In this document: positions 11,901 through 26,900 of the stretch, in pieces
Layout: every line of letters starts with the position of its first letter
How positions within the stretch are numbered: position 1 is the stretch's first letter
Source of the DNA: Leucoraja ocellata
Taxonomy: Eukaryota
Direction of reading: 5' to 3'
DNA: 64,000 bases
Assembly: GCA_036785375.1 (NCBI GenBank)
Contig: JAWMAR010000216.1
Location: 2,852,001 to 2,916,000 of the forward strand
Notes under the pieces: generated by a model
What the model was told of the DNA's origin: nothing
Database searches by the model: none
The model's input: the letters and a program-made list of their open reading frames with translations, nothing else
Program-made: the position numbers and the translations under genes

Positions 11901-14900
11901 AACCCCCATTGCCCTCAAGTTTGATTCTTTCCTTTCTCATAACCTCTCTGCATGTACCCACAGGTCGGCACAGTGGCGCAGCGGTAGATTTGCTGCCTTA
12001 CAGCACCAGAGACACGGGTTCGATCCTGACTACGGGTCTGTTTGTATGGAGTTTGTACGTTCTTTCTGTGCCCGTGTGGGTTTTCTCTGGGTGCTCAGGT
12101 TTCCTCCCAAGCTTAATTGGCTTCGATAAAAATTGTAAATCGTCCCTAGTGTGTAGGATAGTGCTAGTGTATAGGTGTGATCGCTGGTCGGTGTGGACTT
12201 GGTGGGCCGAAGGGCATGCTTTCATGCTGTATATCAATAGTCTAAACTAAAGCGGGTCAGATTGAACCCCAACAAAATATATGGGTTCAGTTTCTAGTGC
12301 GCTCCATGCTTGTCACATACTAGAATTATGGCATGGACCAGCCAGCATTCTCCAGTGAAGTGGGATCTCCAATTATGATTAGGTGAGGAAGATGCTGTTT
12401 CACATATTGATACGACACAAAAAGAAATTAAATATTCATAATATTAAGCCATTGCTCATGGGCAATATATCAAGGTGAAAGAATGCACATAACTTTGCTC
12501 TGTTATAATAATATTTATTTTCACATACCCGATTAATAACTTCAGGCTCAAATGCATCAATCTTCATCCTATTAGATTTGTCTACAAAAGGAGGATCTTC
12601 AACTTCAATTTCATGTTTTGTTTGTAACTGCAAATTAACAAAACCAGTTGTGAAAGTGATCTGGCATGCAAACCATCCAGATCAGGAGGCTTATCCATTC
12701 GATTTTTTCAACTTATCAAACATCCCAAACATTATTTCTACCATCTCCTTTTTGACCAATATTTATAGAATTTTTGAACCAAGCAATGGCCATATTGAGT
12801 GGAACCAGTGTATGTAATTTAGTGAATTTTTTAAAGGCATTTGGCATGATGAAGGCTAAACTGTAAGAAGTGATGGTACAATGTATCTGTACCTTGGTAC
12901 ATGTGATAATAAAGAACTAATGAACCAATCATCTAAAAACATTAATTCTCTCCACCACCAGTACAGCATAGCTATAGTGTGTACAATCCACAAATTACAC
13001 TGAAGTTATTTGCCTGGACAACTCTGAGAGCATCTTCCAACCCATTACCTCTATCACCAAGGAGTAGACTAATGGGAACACTATCCCTGCAGGGGGAGAT
13101 GGGAAGATGTGGCGAGTGGTGGGGTCACGTTGGAGGTGGCAAAACTAATCGAGGATTACTTGTTGTATGTGACGCTGGTGGGGTGAAAGGTGAGAACTAG
13201 GGGGACCCTTGCACCCCACCAGCCGTAGGCTGCCGACCCATGGTCTAGATCTTGGAATTTCCTATTCAAAAGCATTGTAGGAATACCTTCACTCAAGGGA
13301 GTGAAGTGGTTCAAGAACGTGACACACCACCATTTGTTTAAGAACAATTGGGGCTTGGCAATAAATGCTATGCTTTCCAGTAAGGCCCAAACCTAAGTAA
13401 TGCAAGTAATGAAATTTAAAAAAACCATAAGAGCACTACAAAGGGGAAAATAATGTGCATGGAAATAATTCAAAATAAATGCCAGAAGACCTCACAGGGT
13501 TCTGAATGTACAGGAGTCAGTCCTGGACTCCATTCTAGACCCCAAAATTGTGCTCTGATCGACCCCTTGCATTTAAAATATAAACATGACTAAAGCTATG
13601 AGCATAGAAAAGAATACCAAGATTGAAAATTAATCTCAAGTGAGACTCAAGATTCAAATAAATGTTTTCTCATAGAACTCAAGTGAAAGAGACTCTCAGG
13701 AAAAGCATTTCATTAACGTTCTTCAAAAGGAACTGGATAAATATCTGGCCGGAGGCAGGATTGGTTCTTAGAAAGATAGGTTCGGGTTAGATGGTAAAAT
13801 ACTTAATAGAATGGAAAATAATAGTTTCTGGTTTCCAGGGTGCCAAACATTGTTTGGAGACCAGCAAATTAAGTCCAGATAGTGGAGAAATTACATTTGC
13901 TATGCAACTCGAGAGGCAAAATGAATATTTGTGTTGAAGTTTCTCCACAGAAATTAAAATGTTGATGTTGATAATATGTGGTTTGAGGAAGGAATTTGAT
14001 TGGAAGATAAATCTTTTCCAGTTCCATTTGATTTCATACTCCTATTTGCATTTGTTGTTGCTATTCCATTTTATATGAGGAAAAGATTGATTTATGATTA
14101 CCCATATTTATGTCCACCACTTTCTCTCACTGAAATGTACTGAAATATGTCAGTGAGATATGAAATTACCAGCAAGCCATCTTTCCCGCACTGTAAATGA
14201 ACTGTTTGATTATGGGGTATCATTACTTCATTTAGGCTCTGTCGCATACATTTAATGGAATTCATTCACTCCGATTTACACTACTCAAGTCTGTTTAATG
14301 CCAATTTCACGATTCCAAATTCTGATAGAGTAGGATGACATACACGGGCCTCCCTGTCTATTCATGAGCCAACTGTCCCATTTCCATCATTGTGACATTA
14401 TCAATTTGGAATTTCAGAGACTTGCCCTGAAATATTTGAAAATCTAGATGTGTGAGGGAAAATCTAACTAACAGCCATACATGCCACAGCAATAGTTGGC
14501 TTAATAATGAAGTAAACACTTACCGAACTGTCAGAAGGCTTTTCATCAGCCCATGATACTCTTCTTTCTTCTAGATCATCAATGTCTGTTGAGAGTTTTT
14601 TATGTTTCGGTACCTAAATTGCCAAGGAATCAGACTTTACAATATTGTTATTACTCTATTTCAATGGGAATTTTCTTAGTTTACCTCAATATTTCCTTAA
14701 TTTTAGTTCCCAGGCTCTTACTGTAACTTACATTTTTTCTTGATCTCTGTTAATGATACAGTTGACACATTCTTACAAAGAATAAAAAAGCAATATATTG
14801 GAGACTGCCTCGCTAATATTTAAAGGTACCAGAAATGTGTGCAAAATATACCTTTGGCTGTAGCTAAAGCAATCCAATTGCCATTCAATCAGGCGACTGA

Positions 14901-17900
14901 TCTCGATACGAGTGGTTTTCGAAGTGAGATCAACAGAAACCTTGACAACTTTTGGGGCCAAATTGAATGGAGCTCAGTGATGGTTGAGGGGTAGGGTCAA
15001 TTAAAAAATGCATATTGATAGTTTGATTTTAAATTATTATTGTAATATTGTTCCAGGTGCAGCAGAGGTTCACCTGCACCTCCTCCAACCTCATCTATTG
15101 CATCCGCTGCTCTACGTGTCAACTGCTCTACATCGGTGAGACTAAGCGTAGGCTTGGCGATCGCTTCGCCCAACACCTTCGCTCAGTTTGCAATAACCAA
15201 CCTGATCTCCCGGTGGCTCAGCACTTCAACTCCCCCTCCCATTCCGAATCTGACCTTTCTGTCCTGGGCCTCCTCCATGGCCAAAGTGAGTCCCACCACA
15301 TATTGGAGGAGCAGCACCTCATATTTTGCTTGGGTAATTTACACCCCAGCGATATGAACATTGACTTCTCCAATTTCAGCTAGTCCCTGCTTTCTCCCTC
15401 TTTCCCCTCCCCTTCCCAGCTCTCCCACAGCCCACTGTCTCCACCTCTTCTTTTCTTCTTCCCGCCCCCCCCCCACCCCCACAACAATCTGAAGAAGGAT
15501 CTCGACCCAAAATGTCACCAATTCCTTCGCTCCATAGATGCTGCCTCACCCGCTAAGTTTCTCCAGCACTTTTGTCTACCTTCATTGTAATATTAGTAAT
15601 AACCTGCCAGTTAAAACAATAGAAAAACTCCAATACCTGATGCTAGTAACCACATAAGTTCAAGCCCTTTAGATAAATGAACCCTTGATAGAAAAGGTTT
15701 AGGGTGAGGAACATACTCTCATAAAAATCTGAAAACCATTATTCTGGGCTTCATTAATGTCTACTTTTATTATCACCATTTTATCTGATGGAAGGAAAGA
15801 TAAAATCAATGCAATCTTGGATAATCTGATTTTAAAATTAAGTGGCATCCTATATAGATGAATACATAGTGCTTTGTGAGAAAAGGATCATAACGTCTTA
15901 ATTCACTCAGTAATCTTTGTCAGCACCCCCATTAAAAGCAGCTAGTTATATCTTAAAATGGCTTAATTTGATAGTTTCATTATTACATCAGTTTTGAACT
16001 AGACTTATCAATTCCTCCACGACTTGTGCTGGAAACTGTTCCAAAACTCACCACAAAAATGAACAATTCACACCATGACCAATACCTTAATTTGTGTTAG
16101 CTACATGTTTTTGTCTGCTCCTTACATGGAAAATACAATTTATATAATAGTAAATACATGACTCCAAAATGTTTATTATCAGGTTATTGACAATTAAAAA
16201 AGAGATGTTACAGAGGCCGACCCACCTAAGGACCCCCATGACTGCCAACATTCAACTATGTAAGACAGAGCAACATTCACCCCTCTTGTACTGTCACTGA
16301 GACAGAGGCCACCTGCCCTCATCATTGGTGTAACAATACGATACAATACAATATGATGAAAGAAAGTCTGAGCTTGTATTCACTGGAATTTAGGATGAAA
16401 GAGGATCTTATAGAAACATATAAAATTCTTAAAGGATTGGACGTTAGATGCAGGAACAATGTTCCCGATGTTGGGGAAGTCCAGAACCAGGGGTCACAGT
16501 TTAAGAATAAGGGGTAGGCCATTTAGGACTGAGATGAGGAAAAACTTCTTCACCCACAGAGTTGTGAATCTGTGAAATTCTCTGCCACAGAAGGCAGTGG
16601 AAGCCAATTCACTGTATGTTTCAAGAGAGAGTTGTATTTAGCTCTTAGGGCTAAAGGAATCAAGGGATATGGGGAAAAAGCAGGAATTGGGTACTGATTT
16701 TAGATGATCAGCCATGATCATATTGAATGGCAGTGCTGGCTCAAAGAGCCGAATGGCCTATTCCTGCACCTATTTTTCTATGTTTCTATGATGGAACTTT
16801 ATCCCAGGAGGGAAATTGATCTGCCAAGTTGCTTTAACTGATAAAGCAACCCGACCCTATTACTAATCCCGGAGAATCATTTTGATTCTCTTTATGAATA
16901 TCACTGTTGCTAGCAGTGGGAGACTTCGGCTGATACAACAGGTAAATGATTCCACACAGAAATAGAGTTCTAGGGAGGAGTCAGCATTGCAATACCCTGT
17001 TGGATGAGCACCGGCGTTAAGATCTTCTGGGGCATTAATCTATCCGGGGACCCCAGTAGAGAAACAAAAGTTCTTTGATTCTCATCTGCTGCTTTCAGTG
17101 TTCTTAATGTGGCCTCCTTTACTTCGGTGAGACTAAGCGTAGATTAGATGACTATCTTGCTGAACATTTGCACTCGGTATGCCAAGGCCTGCCGGATCTC
17201 CCAGATGCTAATCTTTTTAACTCGCCTTCCAATTCCTAAGTGGACCTCTCTGTCCTGGGCCTCCTCCATTGCCTGAGTGAGGCTACACGCAAATTGAAAG
17301 AATAGCACATCGTCTTCCACTTGGGTAGCTTACAACCTATGAACGGTATGAACATTAAATTCTCCTATTTGAATAACTAACCTGCACCCCCCTTTTGATT
17401 ATATTTATTTATTTCCCCCCCTACCCTCTTTCTTTCCCATGTCCCACCTGGATTCACACTTCTCCCCCCACTCCCATCCCTGAGTAAACTGAACTATTCA
17501 ATTAACAAACCTGAAACTATACAAGTGAATAAAATGTTGTTACCAAAATTGAGTCGTCGGTTAGGTCAGATAACGATTCTTTATGTTCCTTTCTCATTGG
17601 CATCTTTTCTGGTTCTTGCTTCCGAACCACTTTAGCTTGATCCATTGTCACTATGGATGCATTCGGCGGCATATAAGAGATCATCCATTTTAATTCAACA
17701 TTTATGGTGCCGACGACTTGTTCTTCAGTGTTTCTAAGTTCAAATGTACCTGGAGGTAAATGAATAAGAGTGTATTACAAAGAGAACTCATTGAGTGAGC
17801 ATAACAATTTCAGATTAGGATCCAAAAAACTGGAGTAAATATATTAACAACAGGAAGATGCATTTTCCAAAAGGAAAAGTTAAAAATAATTATTACCAGA

Positions 17901-20900
17901 GATGTTTTTGTTGTGGGATAACAGAATAAGAGGGATTTCTGCTTTTCCCAGGTAGGAAACATCAGCAGGATCGGTATCATCAAATATGTAAATGAGCAAT
18001 GATTCTGACTTTAAATACCGGTCGAGCTCGGAGTTCATTGGGACATGAAATCTCATGTGATCTTCAAACTGTGGATTATTGCTGTTGGGAATGATAGCCG
18101 TGTCATGGTCTGAAAAATCAAAGAACTTGTAGACAGCATAAGGGCTTGGTTGGGTGTCCTTCCTTTTGTGTTGCAGGTTGTCACACGATTTAATAATCAC
18201 GTGAAGATCATTCATATTCCCATCTGCCAGAGACGTAGTATGTTCCTATGGGATCAATGAAAAAATATGTTAATCACAGGACCTGCACTCAGGCTTATGA
18301 AAGACTGGTATATTGTCTGCCATTTTAACTTGGAAACTGTTCAGTGCAATGCAGCCTTTAAACCCCAGTTAATTTTACGCTCCTTTGAAAACACAAGGGG
18401 TGTAAAACAAGTTTTCCACCTATTCCTGTGTCCTTCCTATTGAACAGGTTGATATAATTTTTTCCCCATAATCTTTGCTGCTATTATTTTCACATTCAAG
18501 TCAATAAACGAAAAAAAGGTAAGAGGAACAACACTGATGAAACAAAGTAATTAAATTGTCATTGCAATTCCCAATCACTTTACCAATGTAACTTTTTCCT
18601 TTATAAATATTACAAAGAATGAGTAGCATTTACCTGTGTTTATCTAACACCTTTCTTTCCTCTGATTGTACAAATAGTTGTATTTATTCACAGGATTTGG
18701 GTAACACTGACAGGACTGTAGAAACAAGGAACTGCAGATGCTGGTTTAGGAAAAAGGACACAAACTGCTGGAGTAACTCAGCGGGTCAGGCAGCAACTCT
18801 GGAGAACATGGATAGGGTCTCGAAATTTCTGAAGGGTTCTGACCTGAAATGTCAACCTATCCATGTTCTTCAGAGACGCTGCCTGACCTGCTGACTTACA
18901 CTTGTAGTTTGCATCTTTTACTGACAAGACAAGCATGTTTTGTCCAACTCTCAGAAGGTGACCATGGACAGCTATGTTTCACCACCCATCCCTCTGGCAG
19001 ATCTGATAGTGTAGATTCCTGCAGTGCTGTTTGGGATGGAACTCCAGGACCAACATTATATTTCAAATCAGGAAGTTGCTTGATTTTTGGGACTGAAAGT
19101 GAATATGTTCCCATGATCTTTTTGTCCTTCGATGCCACAAAGTTTCTACCAAGAAACCCTTGCAAGTTGTTGCAGACTTTAAGAGAATAATCATTATTGC
19201 AGCAGTTATCCAAACATAATGCACAATACAATAAGCAGCTTTGCAAATTGCAGTGTTGAGCTATCAAGATTAGAAAGAAAATGGGCCATGCCATTTCAGA
19301 CAATGAATTGCACTGCATTTGCAGCCAACCCATGAATGTATATGCATTGTTCTGTTGAGAAAAGGGCAAATAACAATGAACAGATAGGTTGCCAGTACTA
19401 ATAACTATGCTATTGGTAGCTCAATTAATTAGAGAAAACAAAATGATGCATGAACGGACCATCAATATGTAGCCTCTTAGAGGAAACATTATGGCAGCTG
19501 AATAATGGAATCTACTGAGAACGACACACTCTATTGGGAAAGTCACCAGGAAAGATTTTTGACAGATGACTTGGAATTTGAATCTGGAAGATGACTTTGA
19601 TCAAAGGCCAAGATAAAATTAACTAGCTTCAAACTGTCCAATATATGCTTCTGCCTTTAATTTTGAAATTTAACAAACATTGAACATTTTCCATTTTGAA
19701 TGTAGCTACAATGAAATATGAAATGGAAACAGAAATTTGTGGTCCCATTGCACAGTTTTAAAAGACCAATTGTCCGTTCATGGAATACTTACAACGTTTG
19801 GCTAGTCTTATGGTATAATTACTGAGAAAGCTTGCTGTCACACAAATCCAGCATCATAATATAAACTTATTACATTTCCATCACAATTTAAGCATGGATT
19901 AAAAATCTCCACATTCATTTAAAACATTCATTTTTCAACAGAGCATGTTTTTCCCCAAGTCTTCCAGAGTTATATCTACCAAAATCGATGATATTTACCT
20001 GTTGTGTCTGATTGATTGCTTGACTACTGGAAGTTATATATCCTAAGGCCTTTGCACGTTCTTTATAAAGCCGAATGGCCTGAGCCATTGCTACACGTAA
20101 TCGGAACCAATATTCAATTGTTCCATATTTTTCAGAATCTCCTCCGACACCTGCATTAAAAACTGATAATGTAAGTAAAGCATGCACGGCAGCATAGACA
20201 CAGTAAAATTGTACACTGAATAAAATTACGAGCAGGATAATGCAAGAGCATGACCTACTTACCAACAGATAGGCCCTTCAAAAGGATAAATATTGGATTT
20301 TGATTTCACTATTTCTTGAGTCTTTGCCATTAATATATTTTTTACCCATTGTATAATCAATAAACTGCATTATTTCTTTTGGATAAAAAAAATAAAATGA
20401 TGCGGAATAAAATCAGGCGAACCATGATTATCAAAAATTACTGATTCATTACAGTTTGCTTGAGGTACCGATTTCATTCACGTAAAGAAAATTTACGAGA
20501 TAAATATCCTCGTAATATCACATCCATTTTGCCAAAAATCGAAATAACTTATCAATCAAGAATCATCTGGTCATTTGTGGAACAACTATGAAAAATTTGT
20601 GAAATGTGTTTTTTTTTTCATGTGACCAAAGCATTTTGCATAAGGCAATGCTTTTATTAAATATCATGGAAACTGCTTTTGCTCAGTGAGAATTGAAAAA
20701 AACAATTAAAATGTGTTTAAATCTACCGCCGATTAAACTAATGAATAGAAGCATATTCCAGCTATAAAGTATAATGTTCTCTTTCACACTCAGCATACAA
20801 GGCCCTTCTACCTGTTGGACATATTCATCGAACACCTTTTGCAAGAAATGGTGGCATGGTATCAGTACAGTCACAAAGACAACTCAAATTAATCCATTGA

Positions 20901-23900
20901 AATTGATAGATTTCAAGAAGCCATGCGCCTAAGCTAATTGCTTAAGAAGATCTATTAATGGTTCTGTATGATATCAATCATCTAACTACTTAACTGCCCT
21001 TCCATTTGACAAAAAGACAGGCCATTTAAGCCTAAAATCAGGAGAGGTTTCTTCACTCAGACGCTGGTGAGTCTTTGGAATTCTCTATCCTGGAGGGATT
21101 ACCAAGTTTTCTCCAACAGACATGGATAAATTTCTGGATATCAAGGGAAACGAGGGATATGGGTGAACTGCAGACTAACGATCAGTCACGATCCTGAGGA
21201 GCGTAGAGAAAGCTTGAAAGGCCAGATGGCCATCTTTTGCTTTCAAGTTCTTGCGTTCTTAACCCATTACATCAACTTTGTACTGAGGCAGGAAAGTACT
21301 AACTGGGTTGAAGATGATCCATCTGGACACCACCTGCTTTAGGTTTCTACAGCCAAAATACCATGCTGACAGTTCACTGTCTTACGGGAAGAATATCCTT
21401 CTTTATACTTAAAGTACAGATGGTATAGTCTATACTGTCTGATTGAAACCCCAAACAATGTCCACACATCATGCTGCAATCAATTTAGAGGAGTATGGCC
21501 ACTGCCGGTCAGTAACATCCCATTCACCAATTGGCTATGCAACTGTGAAAATAAAGTGATGATCACTTTCTCATCTTGATTATGAGCCTGCCTGATGGAG
21601 GAAGGTTCTGTGTGGATTTGGTTCTGCGATTGTTGATCACAGTCAACAAGAAAACAGAATAATAAACAGCATCTGGCCATATGATGGTTCCTTTCGATAC
21701 CAAGAACTTCAAACACGCAGTCTGTTTTGACTTTTCCCAATGTTTCCAATTGAAAATGATGCCATTCAGCAATTGAAAATGAAGTAATTCCTATACTTTC
21801 ACGCACGTGCTGTGAATTGGAGAACCAAATCCAAGTTCACTCTGCGGCTGGACTTCACATGGACTATCATGGCAACACCCATGCCATTCAGTTCCTGCCA
21901 AGAGACACCTGGCATTGATTTCAAGGGGGGATTGTAAGGCAAATATCTAAGAGCCGAACAGGAAATAGTTCTTGAAAAAATATTTTGCTTTACATTATAG
22001 ATATTACAAAGCTGGAGAAACGCAGCGGGTGAGGTAGCATCTATGGAGAGAAGGAATAGGCAACGATTCGGGTCGAGACCCTTCTTTATGCTTTGCAACG
22101 TGACTTTTAATTATTTGTTTCTTCTATGTATCTAATTAACATACTTTTCTAAATCTTAAATGATTTACTTTCATTTTAATAATGTTAAAGAGTCTGCCTG
22201 TCAAGGTATTTACAAATGACTAGGATTAGTGAGCAAACTTCATCCTCAACTTTGACTACTGTCAAAGGGACTCAGAATAATTCAAGGCAGGGGACGATGG
22301 CCTTTGTCAATGTCCTACTGTGGGATCCACTCCGGCAAGTACTGTATGATAACCCCTCTGCACTAATTGGCATTAAACATGAAACAATAGACCACAACAG
22401 AAATGAGCAAGGAGATGGATCACATTTAGGCAGAGGAGATTAACTTGACTTGGTATCATGTTCAATGTGGACATTGTGGGCCAAAGAAGTTATACCTGTG
22501 CTGTACTGTTCTGTGATCTAATATCTCCAGTGGCAACGTGCTGAGGTTAAATATGTACGTGAGACAATGGGGATATTTAGACGTGTAATTAGAACATAGG
22601 TACATGTGGAATAAGTCCACCAGTGTCTTAATTGAGAAAGTAAGAAAAATATGGCCAATTTATTGCTGTTCCAGACACACTTAGAGTGAGGTAAGAAAGG
22701 ATTTTTCAATGAATTAAATATTACTTGCATGGGAAAATTGAAAAAGTGCTGTGAAGAGTTAATATTTGAGGATTTTAATAAAAAAATGGTTCCACTACAT
22801 TACTGTCACAAAGATTGCTTCCATCTGCAATGACAGAATACGAAACATATTTTCTGTATACAGTTATATCAAATCCATAATGTTCATTAGGTTTACATAA
22901 AAACTTCCAAACATCCACCGATAAACAAGCTTTTTTTGGTGCAACTTGAAGCAATCATACAGAAATTTTGAACTACATGTGCCAAAATTATAAAATGAAA
23001 AGACGAACTGCTTGTTATTTCCCAGTGGTTAAAACAAGGGCACAGAGACAAAAAAAAATGAAGGAAAAAAGAACACATGATCTATCTTTGCCTTTCTTTG
23101 GCAGCGAATTAGCATTTTCTTTTGTAATATGAATTCTATTTTGTTGATATAAAACATATTAATCCCCTGTAATATATTTTGGCATGTCACACAAATGAAA
23201 ATGGTAATTTTACTTCGTTTTACAATGCTTAGTTTCTATGAACGCACTATAGTAATTTAAGCTAACAAACTACTGCTAACATCATTTGGGCAGTCGTTGT
23301 CAAAAAAATAAGTTTGATCAAAGATATTAATCAAAGATTTTCATTCATTTGCTGTCTTCCCATTTAGACTTTGACCTGAATTGTCAGATATGCTGACTGA
23401 TAAATCATTAAAAATAATACTACACGCTTAAAGAGTATTCCATTCTAGACTAACAAAATATTTCAAAGCTAATACATATTTTAAATGCTTCATATCCTAT
23501 GATTTGAAAGGCTCTGTCATTTTCATTGATAAATGATATTAAAAATGTATTGAGTGCAACATATCCGTGCAATTACTTTTTGTTGCTTAGCTTTGATTTC
23601 CCACCGCAAATCATAAGTAACATACACAACAAGAAATTGAGTTAAATATGAAGGATTTTAAAATCAGCATGAGCTGTGACATCATGTGAAAGTTGTCTCC
23701 ATAATTCCATGCTCAAAACCTTGCAGGTATACAAACATTAGCAATAAAGATAAGCTACAGTAAGAGAGGAATTGTTAATTTGGTTTGGTTCTGAGATAGG
23801 GCATGTAAAATGGTCCTTTGGTCCACCGAGTCCATGCTGACCATCGATCACCCGTCCGCACTAGTTCTGTTTTTGCATCCAATCCCTGCTGACTAGGGAT

Positions 23901-26900
23901 TATTAACCTACAATTAACCTGCAAAGAAGCAAGTCTTGGAGATGTAGAAGGAACCCCATGAGATCACCGGAGAACGTGTAAACTCCACACAGACAGTACC
24001 TGAGGTTAGGATCATATCCAGGTCTCCAAAGCTGTGAGGCAGTGGCTCTACCAGTTGAGCTACTGTGCCTCCCAAGTTAGCACTTTATTTTCCTTCAATT
24101 TAATATAGTGGTCAGTATTGTGATTAAGATAAATGCTTAAGTTTAATGTAATGAGCACAGACTGTATAAAATGGTAACTTTCAGTAATATGTGAAGACTT
24201 GTGCAAATATAAGGCATTCAGTTTTACTGTGCATTTTACTCACCAACCAAAAATGCTGTGCCAAAAAGTCTCCCATTCTGTTCCAGGATGTCATGCATTC
24301 GTAACTGGCATGCTGCAATGGTTTCATAGTCTGTGCCATACGCAAGCTGTACCTCTAGTTTGACTGTGCTTTTCTGCAAATACTGCAGGAAGAAATCGTC
24401 CACTCGGACAACATATTGAGATGTGAAATCAAACACTGGCTGCAGCCCTTGTCTTACAGGAGTGGACTGGAGTTCAAAATCATAGAATGCATAGGTGCAG
24501 AAAGTGGCAGGTTCTTGCTCACCAAAAACCTTAATGGCTTCGGGAGAGAAGTTCACTTTGCTGATATGGATCTCAAATAAGTTTTCTCCACGCTCTAAAT
24601 GGACAGTTACATCAAGTTCATCAGTTTCATCATCAGCTGTTGATTCTGGTTTGAATTTGAATTGTTTGGTGCCATAGGCTATGTCTTTGAGTTGGGCTGA
24701 AAAAGATGAAAATGCATGCAAATATTTAATATTTTTCAGTAATGCAATTTTCTCCATGGCAAACAGACGATATAGAACATACACACTATAGTTATCATAT
24801 TTTTAACAAGTTCTTCAGCACAGAAGATTGAAAATACCTCTGCAGATTGCTGGAATATGAGCTATTCAGCATACAAGGATTACAACTTGACATTTATTCT
24901 GGGATGAATTAGATGAAACACTGCATACCAAAGGCCTTTTTTAACACACAGCAGGGGCATCTTAATTAAAACTTCCAAGAGGATATTACATCGAAGGGTG
25001 TTTGCTAATGATCCTGCTTTTGAAAAGGTGATTAACCCATAATGCACCCAAAATGCAGGAGAAGAAAAATAATCGATTATTTGAGCAAAAGTAGAAATTT
25101 AAAAGATCTCGTCATTATTACGTAAAAAACACAAATATTAGCGTAACCACTTGAAATGAACCTTCTGTTATGGAAGCAACAAACATGAATTTCCCTATTG
25201 GTGGATGGTTTTCTTTTATTTCCAACAAAACTTTTAGTAAATTCTTTATACATTTGTTTACACTTTTACTTGAAATAACGAGTAGAATAAGTTTTCTCCC
25301 ATTCAAAGACAAAGCAGAAACAAAGCACCGTCCTGTAGAAAAGGAAAGTAGTCAATGCTGCTTTATTTGTCACATGTGAAACTGCAGACTGAAATTATGT
25401 TGGCATATATTACACATGTGGGCGTAAATCACCAGAAAACGTACACAGATTTAATGCAAGTTTAAAAGCTGCAATTCCTCGTTTATCTTACATTCGNNNN
25501 NNNNNNNNNNNNNNNNNNNNNNNNNNNNNNNNNNNNNNNNNNNNNNNNNNNNNNNNNNNNNNNNNNNNNNNNNNNNNNNNNNNNNNNNNNNNNNNNNNNN
25601 NNNNNNNNNNNNNNNNNNNNNNNNNNNNNNNNNNNNNNNNNNNNNNNNNNNNNNNNNNNNNNNNNNNNNNNNNNNNNTCAAACATGGTGCTCGGTTTACG
25701 GTTATCTACAACTATCCCTTCATGAACATAATTTTCTTGCTTTCAATCAATATTTCTTCTTGTAAGCTGTTTCCTTAAGCAGCAAATCTAGGGCACTGTA
25801 CAATGCCAATTTATATTTTTACTTTTTAAGCCATGGCTTAAATGTGCAAGATTTTACAACCAACAATGATGGCACGTAGATTAAAACAGGCTGCCGATTT
25901 TTGTCATACTGTTGTAAATCACATATAAATTACATACATTATCTTTTTCAGTCTTGGATGTATCCTGCAATACACCCAGATTTTTTTATTGAAAAATAGT
26001 AGAGTCTGCAGGAGGTCCAAAAAACAGACAATTGTGGAATCTTTGTGAACATCAAAAAAAGCCTAATGCAGTAGATTGATAGTTTATATTATCTAAACTC
26101 TGTGATTCACTTGGTACCATACATGAAATTTAATAGCGAGTATTAGTGCTGCTACTGTGGTATGCTGTTTCATTTGGTGCTTGTGAAACCAGTATCTAAT
26201 AATTAGCCATTGTCTTGAGCTACTTCCACGCTACTAAATGGAAAGTCACTACTCCAATCCTCAAAAGTTCCTTTTTTATGTAACAGAATTATTTTTACTT
26301 GTATGGATAACCATTTCATAAATAGATGTATCTTTTCAATCCCTGTACTTGTAAATTCATATCTTATGACATTTTGAGTATTCTGATACATACGTTAGAC
26401 TATAGTTCTGTAAGTACGTGTGCTGTATAGTTTCAGCTGGAAGACTGGTCAGAGGTAAAGTATGAAGCTCAGCCTTTCTCTGGTGAAGGGCCAGAAGCTT
26501 TATTATGTTCTAAATTGACCTTGGATGTTGCTGCATAACATTTCCCTTTGTTGTTAATGATAAACCCTCCTCACATATTTACTGTCACCTGTGCCCAGAT
26601 AGGAAGCCTGGGTAGGAACTGTTGTCCAGATAAGGTGCTTTCCATCTACAGCTTGTGAGAACAAAGCCCTCAGAAAAGAGCAGAGGGAAAGAAATGGCCC
26701 TCAACTTTACTTCAGCAATATACAAAAATAGTTGAAGTTCTATACAGTAACAACATCCATACTGATAGATGCTGCAAAAACATTTCTGACGGCACTTTAT
26801 AGATTGAGAACTATACATGCACAAGTTAATTCAGATACAAAAATAATAAGGGACCAGATGCTAGGACCTATATTCTTCCATTTTCATTAAAAAGTTTGTA

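Noticed and set aside
11963-12035. tRNA-like sequence with A and B boxes
   Set aside because: It is the head of a V-SINE, not a tRNA gene; the same applies to the other SINE copies.
14773-14961. ORF with KVVKVSVDL as an alternative exon 19
   Set aside because: No convincing in-phase splice pair; 14524-14613 has strong sites and the RVxF/W motif.
18896-19369. 157-aa minus-strand ORF in the intron between exons 16 and 17
   Set aside because: No recognisable homology, and exons 16 and 17 join in phase without it.
25451-25685. ORFs made of X residues
   Set aside because: Artefacts of the N gap.
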